From assembly GCA_035310985.1 (NCBI GenBank), contig DATGDH010000133.1, positions 31,251 through 95,250 of the forward strand: a DNA stretch of 64,000 bases, read 5' to 3'. Under the pieces are notes generated by a model. The model saw only the letters and a program-made list of their open reading frames with translations, made no database searches and had not been told where the DNA came from. This stretch comes from Burkholderiales bacterium (lineage in GTDB: Bacteria > Pseudomonadota > Gammaproteobacteria > Burkholderiales > SG8-39). Below are positions 29,062 through 39,234 of this stretch, piece by piece (positions within the stretch are counted from its first letter, which is position 1; the number at the start of each line of letters is the position of its first letter). The translations under genes and the position numbers were made by a program.

Positions 29062-31041
29062 TCAGCCCTGCAGCAACCGAGCCTCGGCGAGCGCGATCAT
29101 CTCGGGCACACCGAGCAGCACGACGACGTCACCCGCCTCGAGGCGCCCGGCATCCTGCGGCGCGAGCCTGCCGCCGGTTCCCGGACGGCGCACCGCCTTC
29201 ACTTCCACACCCGCGTCTTCGAGCTTGAGCTCTTCGAGCGTGCGGCCCACACCGTAGGCGTCGGCACCGAGCGTGACGGCGTGCAGCCGCGGCGCGCGTT
29301 CTTCGCCGAGCTCGGCCTCGTCGCTCGGGCCGCGAAACAGGCCGCGCAGCAAGCCATACTGCTGGTCGCGCACCTGGCGCATGCGCCGCACGACGCGCGT
29401 CAGCGGCACCCCGATCCAGATGAGAGTGTGCGAGGCGAGCATCAGCCCGGACTCGAATGCCTCGGGAACGACCTCGGAAGCGCCCGCGGCGGTGAGCCGC
29501 TCGATGTCGCGCTCCTCGTGCGCGCGCACGATGACCGGCACCGCCGGGTTGAGTTCATGGATGTTGGCGAGCACCCGCGCGGCGGCCGCCGCGTCAGCGA
29601 AGGTCACCACGACGGCGGCTGCGCGCGAGATGCCGGCAGCGACCAGCGCCTCGCGCCGCGCGCAGTCGGCGAATACCACCGTATCCCCGGCGAGCACCGC
29701 CTCGCGCACGCGCTCGGGATCGAGATCGAGCGCGACGTAGCGCACCTTCTCCGCGTCGAGCATGCGCGCGAGATGCTGTCCGTTCCTGCCATAGCCGAGG
29801 ATGATCACGTGGCGTTCGGACTCGATCGCCTGCACCGCGATGCGGTGCAGCTCGAGCGAGCGCATCATCCATTCCGAGCGCGCCAGGCGCAGCACGATGC
29901 GGTTGCTCGCCGCGATTACGAACGGCGTCGCCAGCATCGACAGGATCATCGCCGCGAGCAGCGCATGCAGGACCGGCTCGGGCGCTACCGCATCGCGGCG
30001 CGCGAGCGCGATCAGCACGAAGCCGAACTCGCCGCCCTGCGCAAGCCCGAGCGCCACGCGCAGGGCGGTTCCGGGCGGGCTGCCGAACGCCCGCGAAAGA
30101 AGAGCAATCAAGCCGAACTTCGCGCCCACAAGCAGCGCCAGCAGCAACAGTACAAGCACCGGCTCTCCGAGCACCATGCGTACGTCGAGAAGCATGCCAA
30201 CGGTGATGAAGAACAGCCCGAGCAGCACGTCGCGAAACGGCTTGATATCCTCCTCGACCTGGTAGCGGTACTCGGTCTCCGAGATGAGCATGCCCGCGAG
30301 GAAGGCACCGAGCGCGAGCGAAAGCCCCGCCAGCCCGGTGACGAACGCCAGCGCCAGCGTGACGAGGAGCACGTTCAGCACGAACAGCTCGCTCGAGCGG
30401 CGGCGCGCCACCAGGCCGAGCCAGGTGCGCATCGCGCGCGGACCCACCAGCACCAACACGCCGAGCGCGAGCGCCGCCTTGGCAAGCGCCAGCGCGATCG
30501 CCGCGCCGATTTCGCCCGCGGGTTGCCCCAGCGCGGGGACGAGGATCAGGAGGGGCACGACCGCCAAGTCCTGGAACAGCAGCACGCCGATGATCTCGCG
30601 GCCGTGCGGCGTGTCTAGCTCCATGCGCTCGGCGAGCAGCCTGGAGACGATCGCGGTCGAGGACATCGCCGCCGCGCCGCCGAGCGCAATTCCGGTCTGC
30701 CATGACCCGCCGAAAGCGACCGCGGCGGCGACGCACAGGGACACCGTGGCGAGCACCTGCGCGAATCCCAGACCGAACACCACGCGCCGCATCGCCATCA
30801 GCTTTGGCATGCTGAATTCCAGCCCGATCGAGAACATCAGGAACACCACCCCGAACTCGGCGAGCCGCCGCGTCTGCTCGGTGTCCTCGATCAGTCCGAG
30901 CGCGTGAGGACCGAGCGCCAGCCCGGTAGCCAGGTAGCCGATGATCGGCGGTAGCGACAGCCGCCGGCACAGCGCCACCGCGAGGACGCTGCCGGCGAGC
31001 AGGACCAGAACCGGCAGCAGCGAAGTACCTACTTCCTGCAT
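29062..31041 (-). CDS. CPA2/Kef-type cation:proton antiporter with TrkA-N and TrkA-C domains
   Basis: AEFGVVFLMFSIGLEFS, SSTAIV, LLFQDLAVV, QGGEF, ILGYGRNG. Confidence 0.92.
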   Translation of the reverse strand: MQEVGTSLLPVLVLLAGSVLAVALCRRLSLPPIIGYLATGLALGPHALGLIEDTEQTRRLAEFGVVFLMFSIGLEFSMPKLMAMRRVVFGLGFAQVLATVSLCVAAAVAFGGSWQTGIALGGAAAMSSTAIVSRLLAERMELDTPHGREIIGVLLFQDLAVVPLLILVPALGQPAGEIGAAIALALAKAALALGVLVLVGPRAMRTWLGLVARRRSSELFVLNVLLVTLALAFVTGLAGLSLALGAFLAGMLISETEYRYQVEEDIKPFRDVLLGLFFITVGMLLDVRMVLGEPVLVLLLLALLVGAKFGLIALLSRAFGSPPGTALRVALGLAQGGEFGFVLIALARRDAVAPEPVLHALLAAMILSMLATPFVIAASNRIVLRLARSEWMMRSLELHRIAVQAIESERHVIILGYGRNGQHLARMLDAEKVRYVALDLDPERVREAVLAGDTVVFADCARREALVAAGISRAAAVVVTFADAAAAARVLANIHELNPAVPVIVRAHEERDIERLTAAGASEVVPEAFESGLMLASHTLIWIGVPLTRVVRRMRQVRDQQYGLLRGLFRGPSDEAELGEERAPRLHAVTLGADAYGVGRTLEELKLEDAGVEVKAVRRPGTGGRLAPQDAGRLEAGDVVVLLGVPEMIALAEARLLQG

Positions 31042-31088
31042 CGTGGAGAGGGCGGTCGAAGAGTGGGCTTGGGCTATACTTCTTGTCT

Positions 31089-32126
31089 ATGATAAGCGCA
31101 GCGTCAGCGCCGGGACAGGGCGCCCCCGCGGCCCAGCCTGCGTCGCCTCGCGGCGCAGTGACTCCCGCCGCGCTGGAGCTGGCGCGCAGGGTGCTCGCGA
31201 TCGAGGCGGACGCGGTGCGAGCGCTTATCGCGCGCATCGACGACAATTTTCTCGCCGCGGTGTCCCTGATCCTCGAACGGCGCGGACGCGTGGTGGTGAG
31301 CGGCATCGGCAAGTCCGGCCACATCGCGCGCAAGGTGGCCTCCACGCTCGCCAGCACGGGCACACCGGCGTACTTCGTGCACCCGGCCGAGGCGAGCCAC
31401 GGCGACCTGGGCATGGTCCAGGCGGAGGACGTGTTCATCGGAATCTCCCATTCCGGCGAGAGCGAAGAGCTGCTCGCCATCGTCCCGCTCATCAAGCGCC
31501 AGGGCGCCAAGCTAATCGCCCTCACCGGCAGCGCGCGATCCACGCTCGCGCGCGAAGCGGACGTGCATCTCGATGCGGGCGTGGCGCAGGAAGCCTGCCC
31601 GCTCAACCTCGCGCCCACCGCCAGCACGACCGCGGCACTCGCGCTCGGAGATGCGCTCGCCGTGGCGCTGCTCGATGCGCGCGGCTTCTCGGCCGACGAC
31701 TTCGCGCGCTCGCACCCGGGCGGCGCGCTCGGCAGGCGACTGCTCACGCACGTCGCCGACGTCATGCGACGCGGCGCGGACGTGCCGCGCGTGCCCGACA
31801 CGGCCAGCCTGCGCCAGGCGGTGCTCGAAATGTCGCGCGGGCGCATGGGCATGACCGCCGTCGTCGATACCGACGGGCGGCTGTGCGGCATCTTCACCGA
31901 CGGGGACCTGCGCCGTGCGCTGGACCGGGTGAGCGACTTCGGCTCGGCGATGGTGAGCGACCTGATGACAGCCGCGCCGCGCACGATCCGGCAGGAAGCG
32001 CTGGCCGTGGAGGCCGTGCAGCTGATGGAGCGCCACAAGATCAACCAGTTGCTGGTCGTCGACGAGCGGCAGCGGGTCATCGGCGCGCTCAACATGCACG
32101 ACCTGTTCCGCGCCAAAGTCATCTGA
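31089..32126 (+). CDS. kdsD: Arabinose-5-phosphate isomerase (SIS + CBS)
   Basis: GIGKSGHIARK, HPAEASHGDLG, EACPLNLAPTASTT, HPGGALG. Confidence 0.95.
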   Translation: MISAASAPGQGAPAAQPASPRGAVTPAALELARRVLAIEADAVRALIARIDDNFLAAVSLILERRGRVVVSGIGKSGHIARKVASTLASTGTPAYFVHPAEASHGDLGMVQAEDVFIGISHSGESEELLAIVPLIKRQGAKLIALTGSARSTLAREADVHLDAGVAQEACPLNLAPTASTTAALALGDALAVALLDARGFSADDFARSHPGGALGRRLLTHVADVMRRGADVPRVPDTASLRQAVLEMSRGRMGMTAVVDTDGRLCGIFTDGDLRRALDRVSDFGSAMVSDLMTAAPRTIRQEALAVEAVQLMERHKINQLLVVDERQRVIGALNMHDLFRAKVI

Positions 32127-32130
32127 ACCG

Positions 32131-32667
32131 ATGACCGCGATTTCGGGTGACGCGCTGGAGCGCGCTCGACGCGTGCGCCTGATGGTCTTCGACGTGGACG
32201 GCGTGATGACCGACGGGCGCCTGTGGTACGGCCCGGAGGGCGAGACGCTCAAGCAGTTTCACTCGCACGACGGGCACGGGCTGAAGCTGCTCGCCGCGGG
32301 CGGCGTGGCGAGCGCGATCCTGAGCGGGCGAAGATCGGCCGCGGTCGAGCGGCGCGCGGCCGAGCTCGGCATCGCGCACGTGCTGCAGGGTATCGAGGAC
32401 AAGCGCGCCGCGTGGGAGGCGCTCATCGCCCGCCTCGGCTTGCCGGCCGAAGCGACGGGCTACGCCGGTGACGACGTCGTCGACCTGCCCGTGCTGAGCC
32501 GCTGCGGTTTCGCCTGCGCAACCCGTGAGGCGCCGCGCGCGGTGCGCGAGCGGGTGCACTACGTGTGCGAGGCCCCGGCGGGCGGCGGCGCAGTGCGCGA
32601 GTTGTGCGAGCTGCTGCTGCGCGCACAGGGCACGCTCGATGCGGCGCTGGCAAGATACCTGGCGTGA
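32131..32667 (+). CDS. kdsC: KDO 8-phosphate phosphatase
   Basis: FDVDGVMTDG, DGHG, GDDVVD, GGGAVRE. Confidence 0.94.
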   Translation: MTAISGDALERARRVRLMVFDVDGVMTDGRLWYGPEGETLKQFHSHDGHGLKLLAAGGVASAILSGRRSAAVERRAAELGIAHVLQGIEDKRAAWEALIARLGLPAEATGYAGDDVVDLPVLSRCGFACATREAPRAVRERVHYVCEAPAGGGAVRELCELLLRAQGTLDAALARYLA

Positions 32668-33242
32668 GACTCTCGGCGACCGGGCTCTTTCCGCTCCTGC
32701 TGATGGTCTCGCTCGCCCTGCTCACCTATTGGCTCGAGCGCGCCGCGCGCGAAGAGCAGCCGGTGAGCACCATCAGGCGGCACGACCCCGATTACATCGT
32801 CGACAACTTCGTGATCACGACCTTCGACGCCAAGGGTGTGGCCGAATCTACGCTCTCGGCCGCGAAGATGCTACATTACCCGGACGACGACTCGACCGAC
32901 CTGGTCGCGCCGCGCGTCATACAGACCAAGCCTGGCGAGCCGCGCATGACGCTCACCGCCGACCGGGGAACGCTTTCCCACAGCGGCGACGAGGTGTTCC
33001 TGTTCGGCAACGTCACGCTGGTACGGGACGCTGACGCGAAGGAACCGCAGATGCGCTTGAATACGAGCTTCCTTCATGTCGTCACGGCCAAGTCGCTGGC
33101 GCTCACGGATCGAGAGGTTACCGTCGTAGACGATCACCGCAGCCTGAGCGGGCGCGGCATGGAATACAACAACGAGCTGGGCGTGCTTCGCCTGCAGCAC
33201 GATGTGCGCGCGAGCATCGAGTCCGCGAAGGCAGGCCGGTGA
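32664..33242 (+). CDS. lptC: LPS export protein LptC
   Basis: N-terminal TM; HDPDYIVDNF, HYPDDDST; between kdsC and lptA. Confidence 0.88.
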   Translation: MRLSATGLFPLLLMVSLALLTYWLERAAREEQPVSTIRRHDPDYIVDNFVITTFDAKGVAESTLSAAKMLHYPDDDSTDLVAPRVIQTKPGEPRMTLTADRGTLSHSGDEVFLFGNVTLVRDADAKEPQMRLNTSFLHVVTAKSLALTDREVTVVDDHRSLSGRGMEYNNELGVLRLQHDVRASIESAKAGR

Positions 33243-33823
33243 GCGACATGCGCATGCGCCGCACCGCGCTGATGGCCGCCGCCTGCGCGGCGCTCGCCCT
33301 GCCTTGGTACGCGCCGCAGGCGCGCGCAGAAAAAGCCGATCGCGACAAGCCCACGCAGATCGAGTCCGACCACATGACCTCCGACGAGGTACGGCGCATG
33401 GCGATCTTCGAAGGCAACGTCGTGGTGACGCAGGGCACAATGACGGTGCGGGCCGATCGCATCGTCGTGCGCCAGGACGTGGATCAGTTGCGCCACATCA
33501 CCGCCACCGGCAATCCCGTACGCTTCCGTGAGAGGGCCGATGCCGCCGGCGGCAGGCCCGGCGCATGGATCGAAGGCCAGGCGCAGCGCGTCGAGATCGA
33601 CGAACGCGACGAAAAGGTCGACCTGTTCGACAACGCGCGCGTGACGCGCGAGGGCGACGAAGTGCGCGGCGAGCATATCGCGCTCGATCAGCGCGCCGAA
33701 TCGTTCTCGGTGAGCGGCGGCGCGCAGGCGCCCGAAGGAAGGGTGCGCGCGGTGATTCAGCCAAAGACGCAGGCTCCCGCGAGTCCCATGAAACCCGCCG
33801 AAGCCCCTGCCCCCTCGAAATGA
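33239..33823 (+). CDS. lptA: LPS periplasmic transport protein LptA
   Basis: [36 protein letters not shown]. Confidence 0.92.
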   Translation: MSDMRMRRTALMAAACAALALPWYAPQARAEKADRDKPTQIESDHMTSDEVRRMAIFEGNVVVTQGTMTVRADRIVVRQDVDQLRHITATGNPVRFRERADAAGGRPGAWIEGQAQRVEIDERDEKVDLFDNARVTREGDEVRGEHIALDQRAESFSVSGGAQAPEGRVRAVIQPKTQAPASPMKPAEAPAPSK

Positions 33824-34542
33824 GCCTGCTGCACGCCGAAAGCCTGCGCAAACGCTACAAGTCGCGCACCGTCGTCCACGACGTCTCGCTGGAGGTGTCG
33901 AGCGGCGAGGTGGTCGGGCTGCTCGGCCCGAACGGCGCGGGCAAGACGACCTGCTTCTACATGATCGTCGGGCTCGCGGCGGCGGACGAGGGCCGCATCG
34001 AGCTCGATGGCCGCGACCTTACGCACCTTCCCATCCATCGCCGCGCGCGCCTGGGGATTTCATACTTGCCGCAGGAAAACTCCGTCTTTCGAAAGCTCAC
34101 GGTCGAGGAAAACGTGCAGGCGATCCTCGAGCTGCAGGGCCTCGCGATGGGCGAGCTCGAGCCGCGCCTGACCAACCTGCTCAAGGACCTGAACATCGCG
34201 CACTTGCGCAAGCACACCGCCCTGTCTCTCTCGGGCGGCGAGCGACGTCGCCTGGAGATCGCGCGCGCGCTCAGCACGCAGCCGTCGTTCATCCTTCTCG
34301 ACGAGCCCTTCGCGGGCGTGGATCCCATCGCCGTGCTCGACATCCAGCGCATCATCCGTTTCCTCAAGGAACGCGACATCGGGGTGCTGATTACCGACCA
34401 CAACGTGCGCGAGACGCTCGGCATCTGCGATCGCGCCTACATCATCAACGAGGGCAAGGTGCTCGCCTCCGGTCATCCCGAAGAAATTGTCTATAATGAC
34501 AGCGTGCGCCGGGTCTACCTCGGCGAGAACTTCCGCATGTAG
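33820..34542 (+). CDS. lptB: LPS export ABC ATPase
   Basis: [48 protein letters not shown]. Confidence 0.96.
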   Translation: MSLLHAESLRKRYKSRTVVHDVSLEVSSGEVVGLLGPNGAGKTTCFYMIVGLAAADEGRIELDGRDLTHLPIHRRARLGISYLPQENSVFRKLTVEENVQAILELQGLAMGELEPRLTNLLKDLNIAHLRKHTALSLSGGERRRLEIARALSTQPSFILLDEPFAGVDPIAVLDIQRIIRFLKERDIGVLITDHNVRETLGICDRAYIINEGKVLASGHPEEIVYNDSVRRVYLGENFRM

Positions 34543-34571
34543 CGCGCGAACCGCCGCGCTCCGCTCCAGAC

Positions 34572-35981
34572 ATGAAGCCGACTCTGCAGTTCCGGCTGTC
34601 ACAGCACCTGACGCTCACGCCCCAGCTGCAGCAGTCCATCAAGCTGTTGCAGCTGTCCACGGTCGAGCTCAATCAGGAGATCGAGCGCCTGCTGATGGAG
34701 AATCCAATCCTCGAGCGCGAGGACGCGGAAGGGGAGGCGCCCGACGCGCCGCCCGTCGCGCGTGGGTCGGTCGACGAAGCGCCCGCCGCCGCTTCGGCCA
34801 CCGACGCGCAGCCCGAGCCGCGCGAGGAATGGGGCGCTGAGCTCGCGTACTCGTCGCGGCAGGACGCGGAAGACGACGGCGACCGCAGCTTTTCCGCACC
34901 AGACACTCCGAGCCTGCGCGACCATCTGGTGGAGCAGCTGTCCCTCACCAACCTGGACAAGCGCGACCGCGCGCTGGTCGCAGTGCTTATCGACGCTCTG
35001 GACGACGACGGCTATCTCACGCAGAGCCTCGAGGACATCGCAGCGCTGCTTCCTCCCGAGGTCCAGGCCGGGGTCGAGGAGCTCGGCATCGCGCTGCGGC
35101 ACCTGCAGAACTTCGACCCGGTCGGCGTCGGCGCGCGCTCGCCCGCCGAATGCCTCGCGCTGCAGATCCGCGCGGGCGGCACGGACGACCCGGTGCGCCG
35201 GCTCGCGCTCGAAATCTGCGAGCGACACCTCGAGCTGCTCGCGAGCCGCGATTATGTGCGCCTGAAAGCGGCGACCGGCGCGAGCGACGAAGCGCTGCGC
35301 GCTGCCCATCGCCTCATCCTCGCGCTCAACCCGCGCCCGGGCGCGGCATTCGCCGAGGTCGAGGCGCGCTACGTCGTGCCCGACGTGATCGTGCGCAAGC
35401 TACGTAACGTATGGCGCGCGAGCCTCAATCAGGAAGCGATGCCGCGCCTGCGCATCAATCGGCTGTATGCCGAGCTCGCCGGGCGGCGCAACGCCGGCAG
35501 CGCGCTGTCCTCGCAGATTCAGGAAGCGCGCTGGCTGATCAAGAACGTGCGGCAGCGCTTCGAGACCATCCTGCGCGTGTCGCAGGCGATCGTCGACCGG
35601 CAGCGCAACTTTTTCGAGCACGGCGAGATCGCGATGCGGCCGCTGGTGCTGCGCGAAATCGCCGAGACCCTCGGACTTCACGAGAGCACGATCTCGCGCG
35701 TGACGACCCAGAAGTACATGGCCACGCCGCGCGGCACTTTCGAACTGAAGTATTTTTTCGGCAGCCACGTCGCCACCGAGGCGGGTGGCGCGGCCTCGTC
35801 CACGGCGATCCGCGCCGCGATCAAGCAGCTGGTCGCCGGCGAGAACGCGAAAGCCCCGCTTTCGGACGCGCAAATCTCGCATATTCTCCGGCAACAGGGT
35901 ATCGTCGTAGCGCGACGCACGATCGCGAAATACCGGGAATTACTGCAGATCCCTCCAGTCAATCAGAGAAAGTCCCTCTAG
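34572..35981 (+). CDS. rpoN: RNA polymerase sigma-54 factor
   Basis: [22 protein letters not shown], RpoN box [10 protein letters not shown]. Confidence 0.97.
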   Translation: MKPTLQFRLSQHLTLTPQLQQSIKLLQLSTVELNQEIERLLMENPILEREDAEGEAPDAPPVARGSVDEAPAAASATDAQPEPREEWGAELAYSSRQDAEDDGDRSFSAPDTPSLRDHLVEQLSLTNLDKRDRALVAVLIDALDDDGYLTQSLEDIAALLPPEVQAGVEELGIALRHLQNFDPVGVGARSPAECLALQIRAGGTDDPVRRLALEICERHLELLASRDYVRLKAATGASDEALRAAHRLILALNPRPGAAFAEVEARYVVPDVIVRKLRNVWRASLNQEAMPRLRINRLYAELAGRRNAGSALSSQIQEARWLIKNVRQRFETILRVSQAIVDRQRNFFEHGEIAMRPLVLREIAETLGLHESTISRVTTQKYMATPRGTFELKYFFGSHVATEAGGAASSTAIRAAIKQLVAGENAKAPLSDAQISHILRQQGIVVARRTIAKYRELLQIPPVNQRKSL

Positions 35982-35992
35982 GAGAAGAGAGA

Positions 35993-36316
35993 ATGAATCT
36001 CAACGTGAGTGGCCACCACGTAGAAGTGACCCCCGCGATACGTGACTACGTGCAGAGCAAGCTCGAGCGCATCAAACGGCACTTCGACCACGTCATCGAC
36101 GCGCACGTAATCCTATCGGTCGGCAAGCTGCGCCAGAAGGCCGAGATCACCCTGCATGTGCGCGGCAAGGACCTGCACTGCGAGTGCGAGGACGGCGACC
36201 TGTACGCCGCGATCGACCTGCTGGTCGACAAGCTCGACCGCCAGGTGCTAAAGCACAAGGGCAAGGCCTATGACAAACCTCATGACGCCCTCAAGCACCA
36301 CGAGGTGCGCTCCTAG
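35993..36316 (+). CDS. hpf: Ribosome hibernation promoting factor (short HPF)
   Basis: MNLNVSGHHVEVTPA, DLYAAIDLLVDKLDRQ. Confidence 0.92.
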   Translation: MNLNVSGHHVEVTPAIRDYVQSKLERIKRHFDHVIDAHVILSVGKLRQKAEITLHVRGKDLHCECEDGDLYAAIDLLVDKLDRQVLKHKGKAYDKPHDALKHHEVRS

Positions 36317-36366
36317 GTTCGCGTAAGCTATAATCCGCGCCCTCTGAAGCCCCCACCCCGCGAGGC

Positions 36367-36852
36367 ATGAGCCTAGTCGCGAAACTTCTGCCGACCGCGA
36401 ACGTCGTGCTCGAGCTGTCCGTATCGAGCAAGAAGCGACTGTTCGAGCAGGTCGGCCTGCTATTCGAGAACAACCACGGCATCGCGCGCAACCTGATATT
36501 CGACAGCCTGTTCGCGCGCGAGCGGCTCGGCTCGACGGCGCTCGGCCAGGGTGTCGCCATCCCGCACGGCCGCATCAAGGGGCTCAAGGAGGCGATCGGC
36601 GCATTCGTTAGGCTCGCCCAGCCGGTGCCGTTCGACGCACCCGACGGCAAGCCGGTCAACCTGGTGTTCGTCCTGCTGGTTCCCGAGCAGGCGACCGAGA
36701 AGCACCTGCAGATCCTGTCCGAGCTCGCCCAGATGTTCAGTGACAGGTCGTTGCGCGAATCGATGTCAGCGGCGCCCGATGCGGCCGCCCTGCACCAGAT
36801 CGTCGCCGCCTGGGAGCCGGATGTTCCAGGTCAACGTCGCGCGGTTGCATGA
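36367..36852 (+). CDS. ptsN: PTS IIA(Ntr)
   Basis: SKKRLFE, RERLGSTALGQGVAIPHGR, HLQILSELA. Confidence 0.94.
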   Translation: MSLVAKLLPTANVVLELSVSSKKRLFEQVGLLFENNHGIARNLIFDSLFARERLGSTALGQGVAIPHGRIKGLKEAIGAFVRLAQPVPFDAPDGKPVNLVFVLLVPEQATEKHLQILSELAQMFSDRSLRESMSAAPDAAALHQIVAAWEPDVPGQRRAVA

Positions 36853-37753
36853 AGACAACCGCGAGGCGCTTTCCCTCGCGTGGATCGCGGGACGCGACGG
36901 AAGCGCAGCGCTGAGGCGCGACGCCGCGGCGGCGGCCGCGCTGATCGGCCACCTAAACCTCACCCACCCGAACAGCATCCAGGTGCTCGGCGCTTACGAG
37001 GCGTCGATGCTCGCTGGCGGCGATCATGCCGCGCGTGCGCGCTTCGCGGCGCAACTGTGCGACAGCGTGCCGGCTGCGCTCATTCTCGCCGACGGCGTAG
37101 GCGCCACCGAGGAGCTGCTCGAGAAGGCGGAAGCTGCGCACGTCCCGCTGTTCACCACACCGCTTCCCGCACCGAGGGTCATCGAGAAGCTCGCGCGCTA
37201 CCTCGGCAAGGCGCTCGCGGATACGACCGAGCGGCACGGCGTAATGATGGACGTGCTCGGGCTGGGCGTGCTGATCACGGGCGATTCGGGTGTCGGCAAG
37301 AGCGAGCTGGGGCTGGAGCTCATCAGCCGCGGGCACGGCCTCGTTGCCGACGACGTCGTCGAGATCTCGCGCATCGCCGCCAACACCCTGGAGGGACGCT
37401 GTCCGCCCGTATTGCGCGATTTCATCGAGGTGCGCGGCCTCGGCCTGCTCGACGTGCGCACCATCTTCGGCGAGACCGCGGTGCGCCCGAAGATGAAGCT
37501 GAAGCTGATCGTGCACCTGGAGAAGCCCGCGCCGCGAGGCCGCGACACCGCGGAGCGCCTGCCGCTCGCCGAGCTGTCCGAGGACATCCTCGGCGTCACG
37601 GTGCGCAAGGTCGTGATTCCCGTCGCCGCGGGGCGCAACCTTGCGGTGCTGCTCGAGGCGGCGGTGCGCAACTACATTCTGCAGCTGCGCGGCATCGACT
37701 CGATGGCGCAGTTCATGAAGCGCCAGAAGAAGGAAATCGACGGCGCGCCTTGA
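36821..37753 (+). CDS. hprK: HPr kinase/phosphorylase
   Basis: HGVMMDV, GDSGVGKSE, LVADD, EVRGLG, GRNLA. Confidence 0.94.
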   Translation: MFQVNVARLHEDNREALSLAWIAGRDGSAALRRDAAAAAALIGHLNLTHPNSIQVLGAYEASMLAGGDHAARARFAAQLCDSVPAALILADGVGATEELLEKAEAAHVPLFTTPLPAPRVIEKLARYLGKALADTTERHGVMMDVLGLGVLITGDSGVGKSELGLELISRGHGLVADDVVEISRIAANTLEGRCPPVLRDFIEVRGLGLLDVRTIFGETAVRPKMKLKLIVHLEKPAPRGRDTAERLPLAELSEDILGVTVRKVVIPVAAGRNLAVLLEAAVRNYILQLRGIDSMAQFMKRQKKEIDGAP

Positions 37754-37774
37754 GCGCGGACCGCGCCCCGCGCC

Positions 37775-38632
37775 ATGCAACTCGTCCTGGTCAGCGGACT
37801 CTCCGGCTCGGGCAAGAGCATCGCCCTGAACGTGCTCGAGGACGTCGGCTACTACTGCGTGGACAATCTGCCGGCGACGCTGCTGCTCGACGTCGCCGAC
37901 TTCTTCGCGGAGGCCGGCCATGAGCGCGTCGCGGTAAGCGTCGATGCGCGCAGCGCGGCGCTGCCGGCGTTGCCCGAGAACGTCGCCCAGCTCAAGGCGC
38001 GCGGCGTCGATTGCCGCGTGCTGTTCCTCGAGGCCACGCCGCAGACGCTGCTCAGGCGCTTTTCCGAGACCCGCCGGCGGCATCCGCTCACGCTCGGCGG
38101 GCTCACGCTCGCCGAGGCGATCGAGCGCGAGCGCACGCTGCTCGCCGGGGTCGCCGAGCTCGGCCACCGGGTGGACACCAGCGACATGCTGCCCCGGGTG
38201 CTGCAGAACTGGATCAAGGACCTCCTCGGCCTGGGCGGCGGCGCGCTCGCGCTACTTTTCGAATCGTTCGCATATCGCGACGGCATTCCCCTGGACGCGG
38301 ACTGGGTGATCGACGCGCGCATGCTGCCCAACCCGCACTACGTCCCGGCGCTGCGCCCGCTCACCGGGCGCGATGCGCCGGTGGTGGCCTACCTCGAAGG
38401 CGACGAGGCCGTGCAGCGCCTGCTGGGCGACTTGCGCGCGTTCCTCGAGCGCTGGCTGCCCGACATCGCGCGCGAGAACCGCAGCTACGTCACCGTGGCG
38501 ATCGGCTGCACCGGCGGGCGACACCGCTCGGTGTACCTCGCCGAGCGGCTCGCCGCCGCGTTCAGGACGCGCTGGAGCGTGCTGGTGCGCCATCGCGGGC
38601 TGGCGCGCGGCGACGCGGGGGAGACGCCCTGA
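37775..38632 (+). CDS. rapZ: RNase adapter RapZ (P-loop)
   Basis: GLSGSGKS, VDNLP, ETRRRHPL, LPNPHY, IGCTGGRHRSV. Confidence 0.94.
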   Translation: MQLVLVSGLSGSGKSIALNVLEDVGYYCVDNLPATLLLDVADFFAEAGHERVAVSVDARSAALPALPENVAQLKARGVDCRVLFLEATPQTLLRRFSETRRRHPLTLGGLTLAEAIERERTLLAGVAELGHRVDTSDMLPRVLQNWIKDLLGLGGGALALLFESFAYRDGIPLDADWVIDARMLPNPHYVPALRPLTGRDAPVVAYLEGDEAVQRLLGDLRAFLERWLPDIARENRSYVTVAIGCTGGRHRSVYLAERLAAAFRTRWSVLVRHRGLARGDAGETP

Positions 38633-39234
38633 AAGAGGCGGACCCGCGCGAAGTCGCGCTCTTCCCGCTGCGGGCCGTGCTCTTTCCGGGCGGCCTGCTC
38701 CCGCTGCGCATCTTCGAGCAGCGCTACATGGAGATGGCGAAAGACTGCCTGCGCGCGCAACTGCCCTTCGGCGTCTGCCTGATCCGCTCGGGCGAGGAGG
38801 TGGGCGCGCCGGCCACCCCCGAGGACATCGGCTGCCTGGCGCACATCGTGCAGTGGGACATGCAGCAGCTGGGCCTGCTGCAGGTCACCGTGCGCGGCGG
38901 GCAGCGCTTCCGCATTCTGGAGCGCTCCGTGGTGCAAAGCGACCTCGCCCGCGCGCGCATCGAGCTGCTGCCGGAGGAGCGCGACGCACCGCTGCCCGAC
39001 GAGTTCCTCGGCTGCGCGCGGCTGCTGCGCCTGGTGATCGAAGAGCACGGCGCGCGCACCATCGAGGCGCCCTTCCGCTTCGATTCCAGCTGCTGGGTCG
39101 GTGCCCGCCTGTGCGAGCTGCTGCCCGTGCCGCTCGCCGCCAAGCAACGGCTCATGGAGCTATCGGACTGCCGCGAGCGGCTCGCCATCCTACAGAAGTT
39201 CCTCGAGCAGCACGGGCTGGTCACTCGCGCCTAG
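38629..39234 (+). CDS. Stand-alone Lon N-terminal substrate-binding domain protein; probable CTG start
   Basis: LFPL..VLFPGG..PLRIFEQRY, FGVCLI, GGQRF; GGAG 5 nt before the CTG that overlaps the rapZ stop. Confidence 0.85.
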   Translation: MKEADPREVALFPLRAVLFPGGLLPLRIFEQRYMEMAKDCLRAQLPFGVCLIRSGEEVGAPATPEDIGCLAHIVQWDMQQLGLLQVTVRGGQRFRILERSVVQSDLARARIELLPEERDAPLPDEFLGCARLLRLVIEEHGARTIEAPFRFDSSCWVGARLCELLPVPLAAKQRLMELSDCRERLAILQKFLEQHGLVTRA

